Shown: positions 40,510-51,240 of the stretch, in pieces
Numbering within the stretch: the first letter of the stretch is position 1
Layout: each line of letters opens with the position of its first letter
Origin: a virus
Strand: one strand, 5' to 3'
Virus record (IMG/VR): IMGVR_UViG_3300035150_000164
Span: 1 to 64,000 of that record
Length of the DNA: 64,000 nucleotides
Notes under the pieces: generated by a model
Database searches by the model: none
Seen by the model: the letters and a program-made list of their open reading frames with translations, nothing else
What the model was told of the DNA's origin: nothing
Made by a program: the position numbers and the translations under genes

Positions 40510-41379
40510 TTACTCCTTGTCGTTAGATTGTGCCTTCATACCAATATATTCAGACACAAGCGCCATTGTCCTAGCTCGGTCGGCCAACCTATCATGTGCC
40601 TTCGCTACTAATGGCAAATCACCGTCTTGCCCTGACAACTTATCGGCCTTACCAAGCAGACCAACTATAGCCTGCGACTCAGCAATCAACGATTCACGTA
40701 CGGCACTTAAAAACTCTTGTTTCTCACTAAATGAAAGACCCTGGCATTTTGTTATGAATCCAGAGTATAACTCATTAATAATATTGATAGAATCATATAT
40801 TTCCTTCTTGAATTCTAATAACCTGTTCTCCGCTAATCTCGAATAATGCGTCTTAGGAACTTGACCTTCTATATCTCTAATACGACCATGTAAACTAGTC
40901 CTAATCCGCTCAATATTCGCATCATACATCTTGTACCATTCGGAATCTTCACCTGTAGCCTCATTAATAGATGATACAATATCAGACATCCAATACATCT
41001 CATCCTTACGTACAAAGGGAATCAACTCACGAACTTGAGTTCGTATAGCTTCCGTTATACCATTTCCATTCATAAGCAGATTGGTAATTTTCATCAATTC
41101 ACCAGCTACATGAAAAGGTATGTTGTCATCCTCAATTACCGGTATCGCCTTAGATGCATTGTTGCTCTTTATCTCAAGAACTCCGTCTTCATTAATGTAG
41201 TACGATATTTTCCTGAGACCTTTATCCTTATCAAAAGCCAAAACATAATCTTCAAACGTTGCAACTATATTCAACGGACTATCATATTTAAATTGTACTA
41301 GGTGCTTCACCGTATCAAGACGCTTCTCAATGCTATTTTTTTTCGCTTTTTCAATTGCTGAACCTTGAATAAATGGCAT
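40510..41379 (-). CDS. Head morphogenesis hypothetical protein
   Basis: Directly downstream of portal. Confidence 0.65.
   Translation of the reverse strand: MPFIQGSAIEKAKKNSIEKRLDTVKHLVQFKYDSPLNIVATFEDYVLAFDKDKGLRKISYYINEDGVLEIKSNNASKAIPVIEDDNIPFHVAGELMKITNLLMNGNGITEAIRTQVRELIPFVRKDEMYWMSDIVSSINEATGEDSEWYKMYDANIERIRTSLHGRIRDIEGQVPKTHYSRLAENRLLEFKKEIYDSINIINELYSGFITKCQGLSFSEKQEFLSAVRESLIAESQAIVGLLGKADKLSGQDGDLPLVAKAHDRLADRARTMALVSEYIGMKAQSNDKE
41030..41043. repeat. Dispersed palindrome
   Basis: CGAACTTGAGTTCG, inside CDS. Confidence 0.85.
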
Positions 41380-43074
41380 TTACTTAACTCCCGATACTCG
41401 CCTTCTGTCAATTCTCCTAATAGCCTTACTCACTTTCGGATCAATCTCCTCTACTTTTTTTAACATCCTACTGGATGTTTGTATAGTTTCCTGAACCGAC
41501 TCTTTAATTTTATCAAGTTTTTCCAATACGTCAACATCTTCTGTCTTATTATTATCATCTTGATTCGGAATTCTTACAGACCTTGTGCCAGATCTGCCAT
41601 CCTGCCACCTCGGAATTTCTACACCAGGATACTTACGCTGTATCATCGCCATAACCCTAGCATCATCGTTCATTTTCTTCTCATTTTCACTACTCTTATC
41701 ATTAACTACTACAACAGCATCATCTTGGCTCATGTGAAGAACATTCTGTAACAACCATTCTTCTGAGAAATACTGACTTAACGTTTCTATCAATCCGGCC
41801 TGTGCATTCATTACCTCTATCTGCTGAAGCTCAAAAATGCTACTAGGAACTGTCATCCTCATCTCCCATTCAACAGTATCCGGATCTATATCCAAAGCCG
41901 CTAGGTGAACCCTTATAATCTGCCTCATTCCGTTTTTGAACTCTCTCTGTACACGCATGCAAGTTCTTGCAAATCTAACATCCTTCTGAGCAAGCCCCTG
42001 TTCTGCCTCTGCATCCCCTCCGTAATAACTTCTAGGTATCTTCAGGGCTGTAAACATTTTTTCTCTGAAATATTCTATAGAATCGTTTGACTGCCAATCA
42101 GGACCAGATAATACTTCTACCCTGCTAGATTCCTTCCCTCCCCTTGTGGCAACCCATACATCATCTTCTGGTGACAAAGCGTTGTGTCTAAAATCTATCT
42201 CCCCAGTAGACGGATTAACAAGCGTTCTTTTCTTATATTGTCTACGTGCCTTTTTTAATACAGCATTAGCCTCTGCTGGTGGTAAATCGCCAGTATCAAC
42301 ATAAAATATGTACCTTCCAGGAGATCTGCTAAGCATATATATTAATGATGTATCCTCCAACATCACCAAGCGTTTCCAAATCCAACGCGCAGCCTCCATT
42401 GTAGACCACCCATATAACGATTGAATAAACTTAGATCTCAACCTCCAGTGAACAATCTCCCAGGGCTCAAAAAATATCATCCCCCGCTCTTCAGCTTTTT
42501 TCTTTATAGATTCAACTGTCTCGTCATCCTTTATACTGATACCGAATCTTCCTGACATATCCTGAAGATATCCAATTAACCCACCCTTAGCATCTACCAA
42601 CCTTCTAACCGTTGGCACTGGCAAAAAATTAAGACCTACCACTCCCCTTTCTGTAACAACTATTTCTGCATATAAATTTCCATACTTACAAAGCGCCCTT
42701 ACCGCAATCCAAATATCATCCTCTATCCTAAGCCTTCGGTGTAGACAATCATTAATTATGTTTCGAAGTAAATTATCCTTAGACTCTGCCCATATACTCT
42801 TCCCCCTAACACTATCTGGTATAGTACTGTCATCAGCCATTATATCCAAACTCGCACTGAGTTCAGGGTAATCATCCATATCCTCGTAATCACTATATCT
42901 TTGTAACAACGCATGATCTATAGAAATAGACTCAGATATGGACTTCATCATGCCACCAGGTGCAAACGCCTCACTAGAAGTAGGATCATCTACCGTCTTA
43001 CCACGTCCACCTTCAGCAGCCTGATACGCCTTATCCCTCTTGAATAATCTAGCTATTGACTCTTTAAATCCCAT
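41380..43074 (-). CDS. Portal protein (T4 gp20-like)
   Basis: YEDMDDYPEL, LEDTSLIYMLSRSPGRYIFYVDTGDLP, EDDVW, IEYFREKMFTALKIP, KDVRFAR. Confidence 0.93.
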   Translation of the reverse strand: MGFKESIARLFKRDKAYQAAEGGRGKTVDDPTSSEAFAPGGMMKSISESISIDHALLQRYSDYEDMDDYPELSASLDIMADDSTIPDSVRGKSIWAESKDNLLRNIINDCLHRRLRIEDDIWIAVRALCKYGNLYAEIVVTERGVVGLNFLPVPTVRRLVDAKGGLIGYLQDMSGRFGISIKDDETVESIKKKAEERGMIFFEPWEIVHWRLRSKFIQSLYGWSTMEAARWIWKRLVMLEDTSLIYMLSRSPGRYIFYVDTGDLPPAEANAVLKKARRQYKKRTLVNPSTGEIDFRHNALSPEDDVWVATRGGKESSRVEVLSGPDWQSNDSIEYFREKMFTALKIPRSYYGGDAEAEQGLAQKDVRFARTCMRVQREFKNGMRQIIRVHLAALDIDPDTVEWEMRMTVPSSIFELQQIEVMNAQAGLIETLSQYFSEEWLLQNVLHMSQDDAVVVVNDKSSENEKKMNDDARVMAMIQRKYPGVEIPRWQDGRSGTRSVRIPNQDDNNKTEDVDVLEKLDKIKESVQETIQTSSRMLKKVEEIDPKVSKAIRRIDRRRVSGVK

Positions 43075-43111
43075 TACTTATAATTTTACCACTCATATTT
43101 TCTTTACTCAA

Positions 43112-43125
43112 CGAACTTAAGTTCG
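43112..43125. repeat. Dispersed palindrome
   Basis: CGAACTTAAGTTCG, intergenic. Confidence 0.9.
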
Positions 43126-43133
43126 CTTACATA

Positions 43134-43289
43134 TCAAAAAAATGGCTCAGGATCATCTCCTTCAGATTCCATTTTTTTCATTAAACTAATGAACGATTCA
43201 TAAGAAATATAATCTTCATTATCACAACTTATACTATTTTCTTCTCTATTAATATATATTTTATCCTTCAACATCAAAATAGCCTTCAT
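43134..43289 (-). CDS. Small hypothetical protein (51 aa) flanked by two palindromes
   Basis: Hand translation MKAILMLKDKIYINREEN...EPFF. Confidence 0.45.
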   Translation of the reverse strand: MKAILMLKDKIYINREENSISCDNEDYISYESFISLMKKMESEGDDPEPFF

Positions 43290-43290
43290 G

Positions 43291-43304
43291 TGAACTCAAG
43301 TTCG
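43291..43304. repeat. Dispersed palindrome (variant)
   Basis: TGAACTCAAGTTCG, intergenic. Confidence 0.8.
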
Positions 43305-43350
43305 TCATGAGTCATATACATTATGACTAAAAATGTATTCATTGTACAGT

Positions 43351-43809
43351 TTATTTGTTTGTTAAACCATCTGCCTCCTTATCGCTTATGACAACAACAT
43401 GCATGTCGCTGCCAACAATAATGACTTTCGTATCAGGAAAGACCTCTTTGAATGCCCTCAATATTATTTTTGCCTGTTTTTCCTGAATACCCTCAAGACT
43501 CCTGTCCATCGGGGGAAGCGTTACCAGAAGAACCTCACCCGGCCGAATGTTCATCCGCCGAATATCCTGGACCCCGCTACTGTCCGAGGAAAAGACGGGC
43601 ACAAGATGATCTTCTTGAATACTCTCAAAGTATTCACAATGCCCTGTAAACACTAAGTTGTGCTTTTCCATTAAAAGCGTAAGAACATGGCCATCTTTTC
43701 CTACAACCTTGTATTCAGATGAGCCGCGTATCTCCATTCTTGTTACATCAGAATCATTAACAAAAACAGTAAGATCGTGCTTTACCCTTACCTTGTCGCC
43801 TATTTTCAT
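43351..43809 (-). CDS. Hypothetical protein
   Basis: MKIGDKVRVK SH3-like start. Confidence 0.6.
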   Translation of the reverse strand: MKIGDKVRVKHDLTVFVNDSDVTRMEIRGSSEYKVVGKDGHVLTLLMEKHNLVFTGHCEYFESIQEDHLVPVFSSDSSGVQDIRRMNIRPGEVLLVTLPPMDRSLEGIQEKQAKIILRAFKEVFPDTKVIIVGSDMHVVVISDKEADGLTNK

Positions 43810-43838
43810 GTCCGCACCTATATATCATCTTTCAACTA

Positions 43839-43852
43839 CGAACTTAAGTTCG
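43839..43852. repeat. Dispersed palindrome
   Basis: CGAACTTAAGTTCG, intergenic. Confidence 0.9.
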
Positions 43853-43879
43853 TTCATATATGATTCAAGCATATCAAAA

Positions 43880-44155
43880 TCAGACACCACCAGTGCCTGT
43901 AATCCCAATGGTATTTGATATTCTACAATATTTAAACGGTACTCCAGGCTCTGGAATAGTCAAATGATCACTTTTATAATAGTCAATAACCTCTTTCGTA
44001 ACCTCTCGAAGTAGTGAAATAGCATTTTCTGGACTATCTCCCGTCGCACTACAAGAAACTTTACCAAACTCAGGATGATAAGCCATATAGTATTCATCAC
44101 CATCATCATTGATATAATCTATTATAATTGAATACTTATCTATAAAACTTCTCAT
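43880..44155 (-). CDS. HicB-like antitoxin domain protein (orphan)
   Basis: YYMAYHPEF...CSATGDSPENAI..LRE...Y......IPEP; AGGAG before ATG 44155; no HicA nearby. Confidence 0.75.
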   Translation of the reverse strand: MRSFIDKYSIIIDYINDDGDEYYMAYHPEFGKVSCSATGDSPENAISLLREVTKEVIDYYKSDHLTIPEPGVPFKYCRISNTIGITGTGGV

Positions 44156-44176
44156 ATTATTCACTCCTTGTACCAT

Positions 44177-44731
44177 TTAATAATGTCTTATTTCCCATAT
44201 CAAAGTATTTCTATCTTGATAAATACCAACATGTCCTGCCAAAACAGAAAACTCTATAACAGGATATCTACCGTCATCAGTATACATGTCAAATAACTCC
44301 ATCAGATCATCAAAATCTGCTGGTGTACAGTAATTCCTAAGCAATCTTAACACTTCCCACCCATATACATGATGTCCATCGTCAAGCAATGCCTTTCGCA
44401 TATATCCACCAGTATGAGTATAGTACATCCACCATTCACCATTCACCCAACTCAACTCTCCCTGTATTTTACGATTACAATCGTCATTACCAATCGGTAT
44501 ACTGTTAATAACATAATCCCCTTCAGCAATATCACTAACTACCTCTTTCAACTGTTTAAAATGAGTATATGGAGAAACAGGTTTGTTTATCCTTAATCTC
44601 CTTACAGACACATATGGATACAATTTTCTGTACGGCCAATAATCATCTACCGACATCCACATGTTAGGAGTATTTCCACATTTCCCGGAGGAAGCCAATT
44701 TATAAAATGTCCTTTTGTTTCTAATCATCAT
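44177..44731 (-). CDS. Hypothetical protein
   Basis: C-terminal VIEFS...VG...NTLIWEIRHY. Confidence 0.65.
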   Translation of the reverse strand: MMIRNKRTFYKLASSGKCGNTPNMWMSVDDYWPYRKLYPYVSVRRLRINKPVSPYTHFKQLKEVVSDIAEGDYVINSIPIGNDDCNRKIQGELSWVNGEWWMYYTHTGGYMRKALLDDGHHVYGWEVLRLLRNYCTPADFDDLMELFDMYTDDGRYPVIEFSVLAGHVGIYQDRNTLIWEIRHY

Positions 44732-44736
44732 ACCCC

Positions 44737-44949
44737 TCAAACGAACTCAAGTTCGCTTCTACATAAAAAAACTATCATAACATCCTTTTTCAATACCCAA
44801 AACGGTCTAGAACCTTCATCGACAGGGATAACGTAAATATCATTATTGTACATAGCATCAACTACAAAAAAACCATCCCTTTCATTTATCGTTACAACAC
44901 AACCTATATCTAATCTATTCTTATCAAAATATTGGATCATCATCACCAA
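44737..44949 (-). CDS. Small hypothetical protein
   Basis: ORF in packed cluster. Confidence 0.5.
   Translation of the reverse strand: MVMMIQYFDKNRLDIGCVVTINERDGFFVVDAMYNNDIYVIPVDEGSRPFWVLKKDVMIVFLCRSELEFV
44742..44755. repeat. Dispersed palindrome
   Basis: CGAACTCAAGTTCG, last codons of a CDS. Confidence 0.9.
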
Positions 44950-46984
44950 ACATTATAGGCATAAAACCCTCTGCACTGCCACCTTCTTTCGTCATTCTTA
45001 TCTCTTCTGGATTTATTTGATCAGATGGAATCAACGGTGAAACCCATGCATGCTCATGTGATCTAACCTTCTTCTCTTCTATTAATCCATTCATAGGCAT
45101 CTTTGTAGCAGAATTTCTAAGACCCCATAACGCACCACAAACTGCATCACTACAATCCTTACTTTCGTGTTGAGGGTGGTCTACTTTCCCTAATAACCTG
45201 TCATATTCCAATTTTTTTAGCTCATGAACTAAAGGCTCATAAGGATACAACTCTATACGCTTTTCATACAAAGCACTCTTCAACTCATCATAAGGCTCTG
45301 TCGTCCTATCTACAGATATTAAATGAGACGCTATTCCTTTTCTTCTAACCTGCTGTAACATTTCACTACTTTGAAATTGGTCGCACGAGAACCCTATAAA
45401 CCTAAATCCATGCTCCTCAAACTGGTATAACATAGTCCTTAGATCAGGCATGTATATCTGTTCTGACGGTGGAGGCCATATTCTCAACATAAAATCAATA
45501 ACGTAAAATGGCGCTATATCAACATCCCTATTACCCTCGCTATCTCTCCTCACCACATCAACCCATCGCTCTATATGAGCAATACAAAAACCGCTACAAT
45601 CACCAGAAATAGACGTATCTATATGACACCATCTCAATGTAGAAGGATTTCTCCTAGGCCTATACGCTGGCTCTGTAAACCCTCCAGGTAACTGCCTCTC
45701 ATATTTTATACACAATTCATTCCAATTAAACGATCCTGGACTACCTGATATCCACTCTTCCTTACTAAAAGGATGTTCTCTCTCAAAATTCGTACATACC
45801 TGTATCATCTTAGGTCGCTGAATAAACTGTGACACAGCCTCTGTAGAAAAACCTGCAATGTCTCTAAGAGAGTCTTCCATATTTGATTCAAAATCATCCC
45901 TAAACTCTACAGGGATATCCATTACAAAAGCATCGTTAGCCTCTAAATATTCATCTGTTATTAAATCATATTCGTCTTCGCTTAATATCCTACTAGCTAT
46001 CGCTGATGTTGAACATAAAACATAAAAAACATCTCCACAAAAATTTTCAGATGGCTTTGCCGTCCACTGAGTATGATCCGTCAAGAAAAATTCAGGATCA
46101 TCTTTCCTCTCTTTTATTATCCTTTCGGTGAATGACTCCGTGGTAGCAGCAGACGATACCAATATCATCATTCCATTAAAACCACCCCCTGCTTTTTGGA
46201 ATCTAGATTTGATCCTCCTCAACAACCCCCTATACATCTTCTCTACTATATCAAAATGCCCAGGCCTAAGTTTTTGCCCAAATCCAGTAGTAATCTGCTG
46301 ACCTTTTCGATTTGGTGGAAAATTTGTTTCATCAAGAACAACACTTATGACGTCAGTTCCCAAGATTCTATCAGATACATAACTCGCAATATTTATCCTG
46401 ACATTGTTAGGAAAGAGTGTATAATCTTTTCTAAAGTCAGGTGCACATTTTGTCATAAAATATGGACTCTGCTTTATCTTCTCATCTACAGCAGTTTTCA
46501 ATACATCTCTTGCTAGCACCAGGTTCTTTGATACCAGTGGTATTACCAACGTACTTGCAGGAGATAATCCTAACGTCTTTTGTGGAGATATCATACACGA
46601 AAACTCATATACCAACCTACATATAGCTATAGATGCTGCATAGGATTTTCCAACTCCAATCGATCCTGTATTAAGAACCTCCCTGTATGGTCGCTTGAAT
46701 AAACGTATCAAATCATCACGTATCGCTGGATATATTGTTGAACAGGCATCACCTAGATAATAAGGATCATCCAAAAACTGCTCCATAGATACAGGAATTG
46801 TATGATAAGTATGCCTCTCTATCTCTTCACTCATTTTGATGTCATCACACATATCCTTCTGAAGTGCCATCATCAAAATTCGTTCATTCTCAGTCAACCC
46901 AGATATTAAGGCATCAGTCCTAGCATCTATTTCACTAGGTGTTGTTATGGATTTTCTCCTACCGTTTTTTTGCGTTTTTATCAT
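44924..46984 (-). CDS. terL: Terminase large subunit
   Basis: Walker A GSIGVGKS, Walker B VVLDE, coupling VSS, nuclease HID, DQFQS, VDHP...KDCSDA. Confidence 0.92.
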   Translation of the reverse strand: MIKTQKNGRRKSITTPSEIDARTDALISGLTENERILMMALQKDMCDDIKMSEEIERHTYHTIPVSMEQFLDDPYYLGDACSTIYPAIRDDLIRLFKRPYREVLNTGSIGVGKSYAASIAICRLVYEFSCMISPQKTLGLSPASTLVIPLVSKNLVLARDVLKTAVDEKIKQSPYFMTKCAPDFRKDYTLFPNNVRINIASYVSDRILGTDVISVVLDETNFPPNRKGQQITTGFGQKLRPGHFDIVEKMYRGLLRRIKSRFQKAGGGFNGMMILVSSAATTESFTERIIKERKDDPEFFLTDHTQWTAKPSENFCGDVFYVLCSTSAIASRILSEDEYDLITDEYLEANDAFVMDIPVEFRDDFESNMEDSLRDIAGFSTEAVSQFIQRPKMIQVCTNFEREHPFSKEEWISGSPGSFNWNELCIKYERQLPGGFTEPAYRPRRNPSTLRWCHIDTSISGDCSGFCIAHIERWVDVVRRDSEGNRDVDIAPFYVIDFMLRIWPPPSEQIYMPDLRTMLYQFEEHGFRFIGFSCDQFQSSEMLQQVRRKGIASHLISVDRTTEPYDELKSALYEKRIELYPYEPLVHELKKLEYDRLLGKVDHPQHESKDCSDAVCGALWGLRNSATKMPMNGLIEEKKVRSHEHAWVSPLIPSDQINPEEIRMTKEGGSAEGFMPIMFGDDDPIF

Positions 46985-47090
46985 CTATATCAACTATACT
47001 AAAAAACAACTCATATTTCACAAGTCAACATTACTATAATGCTAACATGTACACCTTTTATTTTTCAATATTAAAAATGACAAATAGGAA

Positions 47091-47327
47091 CTATATATCT
47101 GTAGACATTCTCAATCTCCAAGACAAGTCAATTTCCTTCTTGTTATCAACGCAGTCTCTCAAATAAAGATTGATTAGTGCCTTATACGGTATGCCGCTTT
47201 TGTCCGATAACTCCTTAAAGTACTCAATCACTTGGATATCAAACCTAATAGAGACTTGTTTTTTCAACCTAGAGACATATGGGTTGCGTTTCCCTTTTGG
47301 GATCAATTCTGAATAGTAATCTCTCAT
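47091..47327 (-). CDS. BrnA-like antitoxin (orphan)
   Basis: MRDYY...KRNPY...KKQVSIRFD..VIEYFK......GIPY..LINLYLRDC; no BrnT nearby. Confidence 0.8.
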   Translation of the reverse strand: MRDYYSELIPKGKRNPYVSRLKKQVSIRFDIQVIEYFKELSDKSGIPYKALINLYLRDCVDNKKEIDLSWRLRMSTDI

Positions 47328-48033
47328 CGTTACATTCAAGTTCCTCGGCAGACTGGTGCCGAATGTTCCACACCCATGGGTTTTTCGACCACGGGTATCC
47401 CCTCTTGGCATTTAATGAGTCCCAGAGTGAAATGAACTCATCCAATTTCCGCACTTCAGATTCGCAATCGAGATGACCAAATTGGATTGGATCCAAACCT
47501 TCTTGTATGATTTCATGAGCCTCAATCTGCCAAATCCGCCGCGCCTCAATGCTAATAATCTCTGGCGCGGGCATCATATCGCGGAGCCAGCCTGGCATGT
47601 GCAGCGGGGAACGGATTCGGCCGAACCAGTCCGGTTTTTGGCCGTCGAAGGAGGTCCAGATTCTGGAACGCAATATCCGGGGCAACTGAGACGGCGCCTT
47701 TTTGTCATACTGCAGATCCACAGCCCATGTAGTGAGAAGCTGTAGACGGTCCCCGGGGCCGCCGTAGGGGCACTTGTATTCCGGTATTTTCTTTTTTTTA
47801 ATATCCGGCGGCCCCATTATCCTGCCCCATTTATTTAGGCGTTCAGCGGCATATTCGAAAACCCTTTTCTCGCCGTGCTTGAAAGCATTTGTCACCCATT
47901 TGGGCCAATTTATAACCCGCTGCGTCCGGCACTTCTCCCCTGCAGCGTAACGTTGAGCGCTCCATTGGGAATATATAATATTTTTAACTTTAGACATCGC
48001 AGTTACCATAAGCGAGCCATGCATTTGGGACAA
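47269..48033 (-). CDS. ASCH/PUA-like domain protein (paralog 1)
   Basis: GEKCRTQRVI, CPYGGPGDRL, SPLHMP, WSKNPWVW. Confidence 0.75.
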   Translation of the reverse strand: MSQMHGSLMVTAMSKVKNIIYSQWSAQRYAAGEKCRTQRVINWPKWVTNAFKHGEKRVFEYAAERLNKWGRIMGPPDIKKKKIPEYKCPYGGPGDRLQLLTTWAVDLQYDKKAPSQLPRILRSRIWTSFDGQKPDWFGRIRSPLHMPGWLRDMMPAPEIISIEARRIWQIEAHEIIQEGLDPIQFGHLDCESEVRKLDEFISLWDSLNAKRGYPWSKNPWVWNIRHQSAEELECNDERLLFRIDPKRETQPICL

Positions 48034-48410
48034 TATGCTTGTCCAGTGTCTATATTACATAACCACCCTTGATAAATCGCCATATCTCTCAATTCACGCA
48101 AAGTATTAACCTCGGCTATAAAAACAGAATCACAACATTTGTCTCCTATTATACCATCACAAAAGATCGGCAGGACACAAGGGCCACCGCGAAAAATGTA
48201 CCCCTGCGATCGACACGTTTCTCCCTCAAAATTTTCAACCGAGCAAAGAAAGCTTGGACTGGTGGTCTCTGCGATGGCAAATACATCATTCTGTTTCAAC
48301 CATGTAGTTAGGTTTAAAAGTGTATTGAAAAACTTTGTTTTAATACCACCGTCGTCTATGTTTTCTAAGACTACGGTGTATCCTCTAAATTCATCATGAG
48401 GCTTTATCAT
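48003..48410 (-). CDS. Hypothetical protein
   Basis: Cys-rich C-terminus. Confidence 0.55.
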   Translation of the reverse strand: MIKPHDEFRGYTVVLENIDDGGIKTKFFNTLLNLTTWLKQNDVFAIAETTSPSFLCSVENFEGETCRSQGYIFRGGPCVLPIFCDGIIGDKCCDSVFIAEVNTLRELRDMAIYQGWLCNIDTGQAYCPKCMARLW

Positions 48411-48449
48411 CTTTACCTTACCAATCTAGGATATACAACCAATCCTATG

Positions 48450-48662
48450 TTAGACGTCGGTTAAAATCCCAAAACAATCATCAAAACATTTATCGCAACA
48501 AGGTGTACAATACGGATTTGGAGAGACAAAATTCATACATTTATTCGACACAATATCCCCACATCCACATCGATAATGATCTTCGTCAACGTACATCTCA
48601 TCATATCTTTTTTCAGCGGCATCTTCCATAGATTCAATTACGTCTATCATATCGTCTATCAT
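48450..48662 (-). CDS. Small Cys-rich hypothetical protein
   Basis: ORF track; co-oriented. Confidence 0.55.
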   Translation of the reverse strand: MIDDMIDVIESMEDAAEKRYDEMYVDEDHYRCGCGDIVSNKCMNFVSPNPYCTPCCDKCFDDCFGILTDV

Positions 48663-48670
48663 ATCTAATC

Positions 48671-48904
48671 CTATTCAGGTGGCCAATTGCATCCACTCGT
48701 CCAGTCTTTTGGCTTTTCACCAATTGTAACATTAAAGTGTTCATCTTTTGAATTCTTAGCTTCTAATTCTGAAATACGCCTTTCTAATTCTTTAATCTTT
48801 CTCTCATAATAAATAAATTTTATAGCTATATTTTCGTATACATTACCACCAAATAACTCCATCGTTTTTTTAAATACTCTTTGCTCTTCCTCTGTGCGTT
48901 CCAT
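48671..48904 (-). CDS. Hypothetical protein
   Basis: ORF track; co-oriented. Confidence 0.55.
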   Translation of the reverse strand: MERTEEEQRVFKKTMELFGGNVYENIAIKFIYYERKIKELERRISELEAKNSKDEHFNVTIGEKPKDWTSGCNWPPE

Positions 48905-49441
48905 AGTTCACCACCCTTTAGCTAACCCAATAGCCTTAATTACCGCCAAGATAAATGCTACCACCGTAAGCACTACGGTAACCGGTACGAATATCCTTTC
49001 TGTTATCGTTTTTTTCATAACTAATCCAAACCCAAAAGTGTTCTAACCCTCTCTCGTTCTGATTTCTTTCCTTCCAAAAATGCAGCCTCTACAATATCAT
49101 ATATGATATCACAAGAATCTACCTCAACCCATATGCTATCCATAGCCTTCTGCAATTTTTGAGTTTTATACGCCTTTAAAGTCCTATACTCTACATCACC
49201 AATCTTAAATATCATAAATACCACCAAATCATTTCATCACACATATCCTGTATTATCTTTCAGTTTTATACCTCCTCTTTGGATACTGGTTTAGAAACCG
49301 ACAACTCTTCCTCAACAACTTCCAATTCTTCAATGCGATTACGCAATGCATTTGAGGCCATTTCTAGCCACATTATTTCTTCCTCAAGTTGTCCCCGCTT
49401 CTTTATGTTACGCATTAAGCTATCCATCAAATCATGCTTGT

Positions 49442-49702
49442 TCATCTTTCATCCTCCATAATACCTCTAATAAAACTCTGTCCAACAGGAGACCCTAGCC
49501 ATTGTATTACTGTTGCAGCAACTAAGCGATCCCTCTCTGATACCTCATCGCATTTTGGATAATTTGAATCATCTGCCAAAAGATATTCTAAGGTTCCATA
49601 ACTTCTAAGATCTGTAGAATTTTGCATTTCCCATCCTTTAGCAAATTTTTCTTCTAATGGATTATCTTTAAAACGATACTGATGTTTCCCTTTGTTTTCC
49701 AT
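49442..49702 (-). CDS. Hypothetical protein
   Basis: AATVIQWLGSPVGQSF motif; AAGGA RBS. Confidence 0.65.
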   Translation of the reverse strand: MENKGKHQYRFKDNPLEEKFAKGWEMQNSTDLRSYGTLEYLLADDSNYPKCDEVSERDRLVAATVIQWLGSPVGQSFIRGIMEDER

Positions 49703-49735
49703 TGTTATATTCCTTTCGTTTTAGTATAATATATA

Positions 49736-49749
49736 CGAACTCAAGTTCG
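49736..49749. repeat. Dispersed palindrome
   Basis: CGAACTCAAGTTCG, intergenic. Confidence 0.9.
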
Positions 49750-49809
49750 CCTTGCCTTCCACCACAACTATCTTTTATTAAAAATCAATCTGTTTTCTAC
49801 CCCTCATTT

Positions 49810-50010
49810 TCACCAACTACATCTAGTTGGTGTTTCCACAACCTTTTTTATCCGTTCGCTCGGAATTACGGTTTCTTTCCCATATGCATCTTTGATTATA
49901 ACAAACCCTTTCTCGTATCTGATTGACGTACACCAGCTTCCACCTGGCCTACTAGTCTCATCAAATAATTCTTTGCTACCATCTGTATATTCAACTGTTA
50001 TTCTCGACAT
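49810..50010 (-). CDS. Hypothetical protein
   Basis: AAGGT RBS. Confidence 0.6.
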   Translation of the reverse strand: MSRITVEYTDGSKELFDETSRPGGSWCTSIRYEKGFVIIKDAYGKETVIPSERIKKVVETPTRCSW

Positions 50011-50051
50011 TTTTTACCTTTCTTACCAATAATTATTTTTCATGACTCCAA

Positions 50052-50354
50052 TCATGCAAATCCATCATCCTCTTCGGTCACCACCCAATCTGACGGTCCA
50101 CGCCTAAAATACGTCACACCCCACAATGGACCATAAATCACTGCTTCCCATTTATTATCTGGATCTTCTTCAGCCATTTTCTCTGCATCAGCAAGAGTAA
50201 ACGGTTTGTGCTCTTCTTTTGGTTGAACCCCATGTAGTCCATCATAATAATCCTCACAATCCAATACTACCCTGCCATTCTTTTTTATAACAGCATCGCC
50301 AAAACCAACAATGATCGGCGTATCCATATCTACTGAAGAACTCATTTTTCCCAC
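50052..50354 (-). CDS. Hypothetical protein
   Basis: ORF track; co-oriented. Confidence 0.6.
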   Translation of the reverse strand: MGKMSSSVDMDTPIIVGFGDAVIKKNGRVVLDCEDYYDGLHGVQPKEEHKPFTLADAEKMAEEDPDNKWEAVIYGPLWGVTYFRRGPSDWVVTEEDDGFA

Positions 50355-50580
50355 TCTTTTTTTTGATAATCTTGATACTCTTCTATCGTAGTTGGTACCT
50401 CCTCATGATCTACAATTTTAGATACCGGCATTCCTTCAACAGATAAAAAAACTATTTCCCCGTTTTCTGCTGCTTTAATAGCCGATTCACATTCAACCTC
50501 ATTTACAACAAAAAATTCGTTTTCATCTCTTGATATTAGTTCTCCTCCTATGTATCAAACAAACATTTCTCTATCTATAA

Positions 50581-51240
50581 TCATTTTCTACTCCCTAACT
50601 CATCAGCACTCTGAAATCGTATATTCCATACCCAGTCGTTTCGCTCCCATGCAAACGAACCATAAATTCGGTTCCAAAATGTAGCAAATTCACTTTTATA
50701 CGGACCACCAATATTTACATAATCAACTCCTCCAGGTATAGGAATAACACCTTCTTCCATGCATTCTGATTCAGTAATATCCTGAATCCTACGAACCCCA
50801 ATGCTCAGGATCTCTGGCTCTGGCATCTTCTCTCTAATCCATCCTGGAATGTATTGTCCACCACGTAACCTACCCATAAAACCATACTTTTCATGCAAAT
50901 CAAAATATGACCAAAAAGCATGTTTCAATGTATAATTAGTCTGTAATTCTTCAGATTTTCGGTCATCATAAATGCTTTGAGTTGCCCAATTAGTTAGCAG
51001 TTGTAAGCAGTCATGTTGATTTCCATAACTACATTCACTGCTATAATTAGACCAATACCCTTGCTTATGTTGACATTGCCATTGTCCATAATTTTTTGAT
51101 TTCCTACTTTTATTCATAGATATATAAATAACATCACAGTCAGGCTGAGGGTCCATCGGTAATTGTACTCTACACTTCCTTCCTCTGGCCCAGGACCGAG
51201 CCATTTCTGACGTCATAATTATTGGTGTTATTTTCCTCAT
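50581..51240 (-). CDS. ASCH/PUA-like domain protein (paralog 2)
   Basis: PIIMTSEMARSWARGRK, RRIQDITE...EG, WERNDWVWNI. Confidence 0.75.
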   Translation of the reverse strand: MRKITPIIMTSEMARSWARGRKCRVQLPMDPQPDCDVIYISMNKSRKSKNYGQWQCQHKQGYWSNYSSECSYGNQHDCLQLLTNWATQSIYDDRKSEELQTNYTLKHAFWSYFDLHEKYGFMGRLRGGQYIPGWIREKMPEPEILSIGVRRIQDITESECMEEGVIPIPGGVDYVNIGGPYKSEFATFWNRIYGSFAWERNDWVWNIRFQSADELGSRK